IMG/VR virus record: IMGVR_UViG_3300045988_152067
Location: 1-42,717 of that record
Reading direction: 5' to 3' (one strand)
Origin: a virus
Length of the DNA: 42,717 nt
Positions 1 to 5,780 of the stretch are shown one piece after another. Each line of letters opens with the position of its first letter. Position 1 is the stretch's first letter. The notes under the pieces were generated by a model. It was not told where the DNA came from, made no database searches, and was given only the letters and a program-made list of their open reading frames with translations. The translations under genes were made by a program, and so were the position numbers.

Positions 1-55
1 GCACCCAGAATAAATTAATTAACAAAAGCTCAAAATCTGATGATGAAAAAACTTA
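1..55. repeat. 55-bp terminal direct repeat, identical to 42663..42717 (end overlap of a circular molecule)
   Basis: Bases 1-55 (gcacccagaataaatt...gaaaaaactta) recur exactly at 42663-42717, giving a unit length of 42662 bp. Confidence 0.9.
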
Positions 56-125
56 AAAACGAATATATAGCTTCCACTACTACAAATACTATCGACGATT
101 CCACAGAAAAAAGGGCATAAGAAAA

Positions 126-153
126 GACCACCTTTAATGGTGGCCTTTTTTTT
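126..153 (+). terminator. Intrinsic terminator downstream of the repressor gene
   Basis: Stem ccacc/ggtgg plus an outer G-C pair around tttaat, followed by a T8 run at 146-153. Confidence 0.5.
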
Positions 154-174
154 ATGAAGGATAATTATTATTAG

Positions 175-183
175 TGATAGAAT
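175..183 (+). promoter_or_regulatory. Extended -10 promoter (TGaTAGAAT) for the 223..909 gene
   Basis: TG at 175-176 and TAGAAT at 178-183. AAAGGAG RBS and ATG at 223 lie downstream. Confidence 0.45.
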
Positions 184-222
184 ATATATATATTAAAATT
201 CAAATAAAGGAGTATTAAAAAA

Positions 223-909
223 ATGAACGCTTTCTTTGGTTTACTATCTCTTTTTATATTTTTTGTATGTATTATTGGTTTGATTTATTCTGTTTTTAAG
301 AAAAAACCTAAGAAAAAATGGGGAATAGGTTTAATAGTAGCTATTATTATTTTATTTGTTTGTGTAGTAACAGATACAGATAAAAAAGAAACTACTACAT
401 CTGAACAACAGCTAATAACAGAACAACAATCTGAACCAGCAAAAGAATTAACAGCAGAAGAACAACAAAAAATCGTATTAGACTGGTATAAAAAATTCCA
501 TGATGTAAGTACAGAATTTGATGATGGTTTTGCTCCATTTTTAGATACAGTTCAACAAATACAAAATGGAACAATATCCCCAGAAGATGCTGCTAATAAT
601 TTCGATTTAGTTTATAGTAATATGGATAATGTAGTACATAAACTTAACGATATTGAAACACCTAAAAATTTAAATGATGAACAAAAACAAGCTATTGATA
701 ATGCTGTAATGAGCTTACAAAAAGCAGCTCAAGAAAGACGTGGTGCTTGTATGACATTACGTGATGGTATTAATAATGGAAATCTAAATAAAACTAAAAT
801 TGAAATTGCTACAAAAAAATTAAATGCTTCTAGAGATTTAGTTATAGATGCTTCTTTTAATTTAATAGATGTTTTCTCTAAATCAGGTATAGATCTTAAT
901 AAATTATAA
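223..909 (+). CDS. Membrane protein with two N-terminal TM helices and a helical C-terminal domain. Encoded on the lysogeny strand, so a possible superinfection-exclusion factor
   Basis: 228-aa ORF with AAAGGAG RBS. Hydrophobic segments FFGLLSLFIFFVCIIGLIY and GIGLIVAIIILFVCVV. It sits between the repressor and parA on the minority strand and has its own terminator. Confidence 0.6.
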   Translation: MNAFFGLLSLFIFFVCIIGLIYSVFKKKPKKKWGIGLIVAIIILFVCVVTDTDKKETTTSEQQLITEQQSEPAKELTAEEQQKIVLDWYKKFHDVSTEFDDGFAPFLDTVQQIQNGTISPEDAANNFDLVYSNMDNVVHKLNDIETPKNLNDEQKQAIDNAVMSLQKAAQERRGACMTLRDGINNGNLNKTKIEIATKKLNASRDLVIDASFNLIDVFSKSGIDLNKL

Positions 910-960
910 TATAAATAATCAACTACACATTTTGTAAGAAATAGGAAGTTAAAAAATTAA

Positions 961-1001
961 GGTAGATGCTAGAAACACAATATCTAGTATCTACCTTTTT
1001 T
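961..1001 (+). terminator. Intrinsic terminator
   Basis: 12-bp stem ggtagatgctag/ctagtatctacc (one G-U) followed by T6. Confidence 0.8.
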
Positions 1002-1056
1002 ATTTTGCTTAAAATATGTATTCTCTAAATGGATTTTCTAAAAAATTTGACTGACT

Positions 1057-1085
1057 TTGATTGAGTTCGCCAAAACCACTATATA
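1057..1085 (+). promoter_or_regulatory. Candidate par operon promoter, TTGATT-17-TATATA
   Basis: -35 at 1057-1062, 17-nt spacer, -10 at 1080-1085, immediately upstream of the repeat tract and parA. Confidence 0.45.
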
Positions 1086-1174
1086 TTGTGTTATATAACA
1101 TATATATTGTTTATATATATGTTATATATACTTTATATGTATTATATATTGCATTTCTATATATATGTTATATA
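1080..1174. repeat. Phased AT-rich repeats upstream of parA (candidate centromere/operator)
   Basis: TATATATTG at 1080, 1101 and 1143 (spacings 21 and 42 bp). TGTTATATA at 1089, 1120 and 1166. Confidence 0.5.
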
Positions 1175-1206
1175 ATATATATATACCACATATAAGGAGT
1201 GATATT

Positions 1207-1938
1207 ATGGAAATTATCTCTATAATCAATCAAAAAGGCGGAGTTGGAAAAACAACAACTGCCCAAAATTTAACAGCAGGTTTAAGATTGCAAAATAAAA
1301 AAGTATTATTGCTAGATTTAGATGCACAGTGCAATTTAACTTTATTACAGCAAGCAACTAAAAATACTCATGATATTTTAGATGTACTCACTGGCAAAGT
1401 AAAAATTGATGAAGCAATAGAAAATGATTTTATTGCTGGATCGAAAAATCTAGTTTTACTACAAAATAAATCTGGTATGGAATCTGTATTAAAAAACATA
1501 TTAAGCATGATGAAAAACAACTATGATTATGTAATTATAGATACTCCTCCAGCATTAGGAATAATTACATTAAATGCTTTGACTGCTAGTAATTCTATAA
1601 TAATTGCTACTACAGCAGATTTATTACCAATGCAAGGTTTAGTTGATTTATACAAAACTGTACAAGCTATACAAAAAACATCTAATAAAAATCTTAGTAT
1701 AAAAGGTATTTTAATAACTAGATTTAACAAACGAACTATATTAGGAAAATCTATGTTAAACAGTCTTATTGATATAGCAAAAAGATTAAATACAAAAGTA
1801 TTCAGTACTACAATAAGAGATAGCATTTCTATAAAAGAGTCCCAAGCAAAAATGACTGATATATTTAGATATGCTAGATATTCTACAGCTGGTCGAGATT
1901 ATAGATCATTAGTAAAAGAAATATTGGAGGATAAATAA
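1207..1938 (+). CDS. parA: ParA/Soj-family partition ATPase
   Basis: Deviant Walker A NQKGGVGKTTTA near the N-terminus. AAGGAGTG RBS sits 5 nt before the ATG at 1207 (the ORF track start at 1165 lacks an RBS). VIIDTPP Walker B-like strand. Confidence 0.9.
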   Translation: MEIISIINQKGGVGKTTTAQNLTAGLRLQNKKVLLLDLDAQCNLTLLQQATKNTHDILDVLTGKVKIDEAIENDFIAGSKNLVLLQNKSGMESVLKNILSMMKNNYDYVIIDTPPALGIITLNALTASNSIIIATTADLLPMQGLVDLYKTVQAIQKTSNKNLSIKGILITRFNKRTILGKSMLNSLIDIAKRLNTKVFSTTIRDSISIKESQAKMTDIFRYARYSTAGRDYRSLVKEILEDK

Positions 1939-2189
1939 TGGACAATTTTAAAACTTTTGATAATCCAGCAGATATGCTATTGGGTTTAGATGATAACAAA
2001 CTAGAACCTGAAGTAATAACAGATAAAAAAAATCTAAAAGAAATTCTTGATTATGAAAAACAAACAAAAAAGAAATTAATACTCATTGGTCCAAAATTAT
2101 TTGAAATCATAGAGAAAAAAGCTAAAATTGATGGTCGAAGCGTCAATAATTATATAGTTAACGCATTAAAAGAATATGTACTAAAATAA
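1938..2189 (+). CDS. Small ribbon-helix-helix partner of ParA (ParG/omega-like centromere-binding protein)
   Basis: 83 aa with a TAATG overlap with parA. The C-terminal KKLILIGPKLFEIIEKKAKIDGRSVNNYIVNALKEY fits a strand-helix-helix RHH pattern. Confidence 0.6.
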   Translation: MDNFKTFDNPADMLLGLDDNKLEPEVITDKKNLKEILDYEKQTKKKLILIGPKLFEIIEKKAKIDGRSVNNYIVNALKEYVLK

Positions 2190-2194
2190 TAAAA

Positions 2195-2233
2195 GAGCCT
2201 AGCACATAAATTAGTGTTAGGCTCTTATTTTTT
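2195..2233. terminator. Terminator between the convergent par operon and the 2309..2497 gene (mainly + strand)
   Basis: 11-bp stem gagcctagcac/gtgttaggctc followed by ttatttttt. An A-rich tract precedes the stem, so it is partly bidirectional. Confidence 0.75.
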
Positions 2234-2308
2234 ATCCATTTAGAGCTGTTTTATTTTTATCTTAATGTATTTATACCTACAAAGATTTTAAACAGCTTAT
2301 ACAGGCTA

Positions 2309-2497
2309 TTATTTTATAGCTTTTTGGCAATCTTTATACCAAAGGCACACATCTATATTACATTGTTTAGTTGCATAACAAGGATTATTTCCTTCTTGCT
2401 CCTGCAATATATGTATCATATCAGATTTTCTAGCTTTCTTTGGTAATTCTACAGCTCTATCTTTTGCTATAGATTTTATTTCTTTTACCGTTGGCAT
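2309..2497 (-). CDS. Small Rho_N/SAP-like protein with a C-terminal Cys motif
   Basis: 62 aa with GAAGGTGAG RBS. N-terminal VKEIKSIAKDRAVELPKKARKSDMIHILQ resembles the Rho N-terminal/SAP helix-hairpin. C-terminus is C-x6-C-x4-C-x5-C. Confidence 0.5.
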   Translation of the reverse strand: MPTVKEIKSIAKDRAVELPKKARKSDMIHILQEQEGNNPCYATKQCNIDVCLWYKDCQKAIK

Positions 2498-2876
2498 CTA
2501 CTCACCTTCTTTCTTGGTATATATAAATTTATTTAAAATAGGCACTAACTTTAGCTTTACTTCTAAATTAAAAAAGATTACGCTTGGGAGGATTGCGGAG
2601 CCGTGTTTTAGATATAGTTATACCTTTAGCGTTCTACTAAAGATATAACTATATTTTTACGCCTGGTTTTCTTGCGTCTGCCAGTCCAGTTTTCTACTAG
2701 TTCCTGCTTTTACACAGGTAGGATATTAATGGTTACTTAATTGCCCCAACCACTAGATGTTTCCATCTATTATCCCAATACGGCTTATAGCTTATTTATT
2801 TGCTACAATCCCAGTCTGCAACTTACGTTGCGTTTAACCACCGTTGTCTACTTTTAACCATATAATATAATTACTC

Positions 2877-2900
2877 AATAAAAAAGCCGTCTAAACGGCT
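2877..2900 (-). terminator. Internal intrinsic terminator within the non-coding region
   Basis: On the - strand, agccgt-ttag-acggct is followed by tttttatt. There is no T run on the + side. Confidence 0.5.
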
Positions 2901-3170
2901 CTAATGAGTTTTTATTTACTTAGGCTTATTAAGGGAGTTTAACAACATTCCGCCCTCTTAGGTAAATGCAAATAGTAGAATATATTTGCACGCCCCGCCG
3001 ATTTCCCTGCCTCCGCTGACGATACGGTGAATTACTTTCTGCAATCCTAGTTTATACACCTTGCCAAGTGTGGTTCCCCCTCCAAGAATAAGCATCTTGG
3101 CACGCTCCTGAAGTTTATTCCTTCAGGTGATTTTAGATATTAAAAAACACATCACAACATTTTTCATCAT

Positions 3171-3206
3171 TTTTCCCACATGGGAAAAATGGAATAATGC
3201 TATAAT
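3171..3206 (+). promoter_or_regulatory. 8-bp-arm palindrome (TTTTCCCA ca TGGGAAAA) followed by an extended -10 (TGcTATAAT)
   Basis: Palindrome at 3171-3188 is centred about 33 bp upstream of the predicted start. TGC at 3198-3200 and TATAAT at 3201-3206. Confidence 0.45.
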
Positions 3207-3250
3207 GTGCCTACTTAACCTACCTAAAATCATTTTTGTGATATCATATG

Positions 3251-3279
3251 TTGACATATCGCAAATACATAAGTATAAT
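3251..3279 (+). promoter_or_regulatory. Perfect consensus sigma-A promoter TTGACA-17-TATAAT
   Basis: TTGACA at 3251-3256, exactly 17 nt of spacer, TATAAT at 3274-3279. Confidence 0.8.
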
Positions 3280-3285
3280 GAGTTT

Positions 3286-3368
3286 AGAAAGTAACTCGGA
3301 CAACTTATTTGTGGTAGGTTGTTCGGCAAGACCAAACGTGTTGGTAGCACGATTGGTCTTTTTTATTT
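3286..3368 (+). ncRNA. About 80-nt antisense small RNA (countertranscript) with two stem-loops
   Basis: Starts about 7 nt after the consensus -10. Stem 3297-3304/3318-3325 contains a G-U valid only on the + strand. The terminator stem 3328-3340/3348-3360 is followed by TTTT. Both loops expose UGGUAG. Confidence 0.65.
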
Positions 3369-3409
3369 CTAAAAACTTTTTATTTAATTTTAAAATTATT
3401 TACACATCT

Positions 3410-3438
3410 ATATTATATTAAATTAGATTTATTGTCAA
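3410..3438 (-). promoter_or_regulatory. Promoter TTGACA-17-TAATAT reading into the non-coding region
   Basis: Reverse complement of 3433-3438 is TTGACA, the spacer is 17 nt, and the reverse complement of 3410-3415 is TAATAT. Confidence 0.65.
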
Positions 3439-3440
3439 TT

Positions 3441-3475
3441 AAAAAGGGCTGCTAAAGATAGCAGCTCTTTTTTTT
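3441..3475. terminator. Bidirectional terminator after the methyltransferase-like gene
   Basis: Stem gggctgct/agcagctc flanked by A5 and T8 runs. Confidence 0.75.
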
Positions 3476-4136
3476 ATATTCCAATTTTTATATTTACATT
3501 ATTATTAAATTTTTTTATTCGCTCTAGAAGAACCGCTAAACGTTTATAATTAAGTTCTGTACCAACAAATTTTTTATTGTTGATGTATGCATTATAGCCT
3601 ACTAAACCACGTCCCATACATAGATCACCTATACAATCATAATCTTCGTTGGAACATATCCATTTGATTATATCTTCTTCATCCATATAATCTAATTTTG
3701 GGGATCTTGCTTTATTAGCTCCTCGTACAACATAGCAAATTCTATCTTTATTATGATAATAACTACTGTTATAGAAGGTTACATATTTATATTTCTTCTT
3801 CATTTCCATTATAAATTCCGCCAGATATTGCTTTCCTATTTCAAGATAGCAAACCCTAGGATTTATATCATGAATGCACTCAAATAATCTTTTATAAAAG
3901 GCTTCATAATTAAAACAGATATGCTCTAAATCAGCCTTAGTATAAAAGGTATTTAAATTTCCCAAATTCCATGGTGAGTCTGTAAATATCATATCAGCAT
4001 TATGCATAAAATTGGGTAGCTGTTTAAAGATGTCATGCACCTTTAAAAAATTATTATCATCTACTGTGATAATAGAATTATTATTTATGTCAAAATCTTT
4101 ATAAGCACCGCCATAATCCCATTTACTCACCATCAA
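3474..4136 (-). CDS. Beta-class/MT-A70-like DNA methyltransferase-like protein with atypical motifs
   Basis: Motif IV-like ADMIFTDSPWNLG (DSPW rather than DPPY/W) precedes motif I-like GDLCMGRGLVG...FVGTELN. Motif IV before motif I is the beta-class order. Confidence 0.55.
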   Translation of the reverse strand: MMVSKWDYGGAYKDFDINNNSIITVDDNNFLKVHDIFKQLPNFMHNADMIFTDSPWNLGNLNTFYTKADLEHICFNYEAFYKRLFECIHDINPRVCYLEIGKQYLAEFIMEMKKKYKYVTFYNSSYYHNKDRICYVVRGANKARSPKLDYMDEEDIIKWICSNEDYDCIGDLCMGRGLVGYNAYINNKKFVGTELNYKRLAVLLERIKKFNNNVNIKIGI

Positions 4137-4659
4137 TCATCTCCCAACTTCTAGAATACTGTTGATTTTTAAATAGTTCTGCAATACCTGTAAGTTGTTT
4201 CAATCTGTGTACTTCTTCGATTTCCATACCTAGTTTTTTGGCAATTTCAATATCACTTACACCTTGTTCATGTAAAGCCCTTACTAAATCACTCATGCGT
4301 TCAGTTTGATGAACACCACGGGCTCTATTAAATTGAACAGTTGCTTCCATTCTTTTAGTTATACCATGATTTAAGACTATAATAGGGATTTCATCTGCTT
4401 CTAAATCTTTAAATTTGGTATATCTGTGGAATCCATCAATAATCACATATTTTTCTAAATCTGGATCCCAAATTGTAACTACTGCATAACAAAATCCATT
4501 TGACATAATTGACTCTTCAAGTAACTTCATATTATTTTTAGGCACTTCATTTGGATTATAATTATTAGCTTGTACTTTATCTATTGGTACAATTATTGGT
4601 GTCATGCATGGTAATTTAATTTCGCCTTTTTTAGTTTTTATTGTTTGTACTGTTTCCAT
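4123..4659 (-). CDS. ParB/Srx-domain protein (IbrB-like)
   Basis: IIDGFHRY (DGxHR ParB N-domain motif). The ATG at 4659 overlaps the upstream stop as TAATG and has a GGAG 8 nt upstream. The ORF track start at 4677 is also possible. Confidence 0.7.
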   Translation of the reverse strand: METVQTIKTKKGEIKLPCMTPIIVPIDKVQANNYNPNEVPKNNMKLLEESIMSNGFCYAVVTIWDPDLEKYVIIDGFHRYTKFKDLEADEIPIIVLNHGITKRMEATVQFNRARGVHQTERMSDLVRALHEQGVSDIEIAKKLGMEIEEVHRLKQLTGIAELFKNQQYSRSWEMIDGE

Positions 4660-5780
4660 TATAACAACTCCATCCATTTTTTTATTGTTGCTTCCCTTGG
4701 ATCAGGTTTATTATCTACTGGTAAATTATTTTCGTAATCATTCAATACTAGCTGTCGAACCTGCTGTCTAGCAACATAATTATTTTCTAAGTGTTTTGCA
4801 AACCTTTTCGCAAATATTTCTTTTTTCTCTTTATCTAGATATGTTTCTAATAGAAAATTTCTATAATCAATCCAGCTTTTAAAATTCTTCGGTAGCTTTC
4901 TACATTTCATTAATACATTATCTTTAGCGTATAGATTGGCTACACTAATTCCTTTTAATCTTTTAAGTAATTTATTGTAAGTTTTTGGTTCAAATTCTGG
5001 CAATTCTACAATAGCCTTAAAAGATTTTTCATGTATTAAACTAGATACTCTTATTTCTTGCAGTGGTATTCCTTTTTTCCACATCCAATCATATATCTTG
5101 TTATATCTAACCTTATTATCGTAGATATAACGCCATATATCAGAAAAATTCCAATCATATAGCGGATATGCTGTTATACAATTATTTTTTAATTTAGTAG
5201 TCCAATACCAATCTTTATGCCCAGGATTTTTTGAAACAGCTCGCCAACGATTAGGGCTTTCCGTAGCTCTTAATCCAACAAAGAAGCAAGTATCTTTTCT
5301 ATGACTTTGGAAATTATCTATAGCATCGTAAAATCCAAAGCCTTTAACTTTGTTTCTTACGGTTATAGTTTTTTTATCCCATGGTATATTTTGAATAGCT
5401 CTAGGATCTTTGGAACGCATCCAAATTTTATGCTTTCCTTTTTCCCAGCAGATGAGTTGGGACTCACTTAAACTGGTTGCATTAGTAAGATGAAAAGGTA
5501 TCTGATACCACAATGGAATACTATTTTTAGGGAACATATCAAACATGATATATTTAACCTGCTCAATAGTATTCTCATAATCCACCTCTTCATCTAAAAA
5601 GAAGATAGATGCTAACCTATTTCTTCTGTTAGCTTCTGACAACACTAGATGAGCTAATACTGTGCTATCTTTTCCGCCAGATATACTTACGCATACATTT
5701 TCAAAATCATCAAAGACTTTACTAATACGTTCTTTTGCAGATGTTAGCACATCTTTATTTATATAAATCTGCCTTAACAT
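4659..5780 (-). CDS. PAPS-reductase-fold PP-loop protein with a C-terminal extension (IbrA/DndC-like)
   Basis: PP-loop ISGGKDSTVL near the N-terminus. 373 aa. Paired with a ParB-domain gene, as in ibrA-ibrB. Confidence 0.7.
   Translation of the reverse strand: MLRQIYINKDVLTSAKERISKVFDDFENVCVSISGGKDSTVLAHLVLSEANRRNRLASIFFLDEEVDYENTIEQVKYIMFDMFPKNSIPLWYQIPFHLTNATSLSESQLICWEKGKHKIWMRSKDPRAIQNIPWDKKTITVRNKVKGFGFYDAIDNFQSHRKDTCFFVGLRATESPNRWRAVSKNPGHKDWYWTTKLKNNCITAYPLYDWNFSDIWRYIYDNKVRYNKIYDWMWKKGIPLQEIRVSSLIHEKSFKAIVELPEFEPKTYNKLLKRLKGISVANLYAKDNVLMKCRKLPKNFKSWIDYRNFLLETYLDKEKKEIFAKRFAKHLENNYVARQQVRQLVLNDYENNLPVDNKPDPREATIKKWMELL

Larger units (their letters stand above)
2570..3402 (-). ncRNA. 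Candidate large structured non-coding RNA or RNA-primed origin transcript (class unassigned)
   Basis: No credible ORF. 2941-3060 is about 45% G+C by hand count against about 30-33% in coding lines. Promoter at 3410-3438. GNRA-capped stems at 2818-2831 and 2755-2768. The 18-bp hairpin at 2612-2654 is continuous only on the - strand (G-U there, C-A on +). Further stems at 2967-2990, 3082-3100 and 3107-3127. Confidence 0.5.

Noticed and set aside
1-55. The 55-bp repeat as a genuine phage direct terminal repeat
   Set aside because: Lambda-type Nu1/GpA terminase plus an HNH nuclease predicts cos ends near 34941-35004. In addition, the repeat falls inside the repressor coding sequence, and its length equals a standard assembler k-mer.
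2581-3086. Long-range complementarity: aggattgc (2589-2596) with gcaatcct (3041-3048), plus cttgggagg with cctcc-aag, as a closing helix for the large RNA
   Set aside because: An 8-nt match within about 900 nt is expected by chance several times over. One partner also competes with the local 3082-3100 hairpin. It is not usable as evidence without covariation.
3123-3350. 75-aa - strand ORF inside the non-coding region, possibly a type I toxin with the 3286-3368 RNA as its antitoxin
   Set aside because: It has a GTG start without a Shine-Dalgarno sequence and spans promoter and terminator elements. Its internal Met-initiated peptides also lack RBSs and do not look like typical short TM toxins. 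I keep it only as a weak alternative to the countertranscript model.
2498-3473. tRNA, tmRNA, RNase P, 6S, T-box, cobalamin, TPP or c-di-GMP riboswitch identity for the non-coding region
   Set aside because: I could not find the diagnostic conserved boxes of any of these by eye (T-loop GTTCRA, T-box AGGGTGGNACCGCG, B12 box, and so on). Absence by eye is weak evidence, so a covariance-model scan is still needed.
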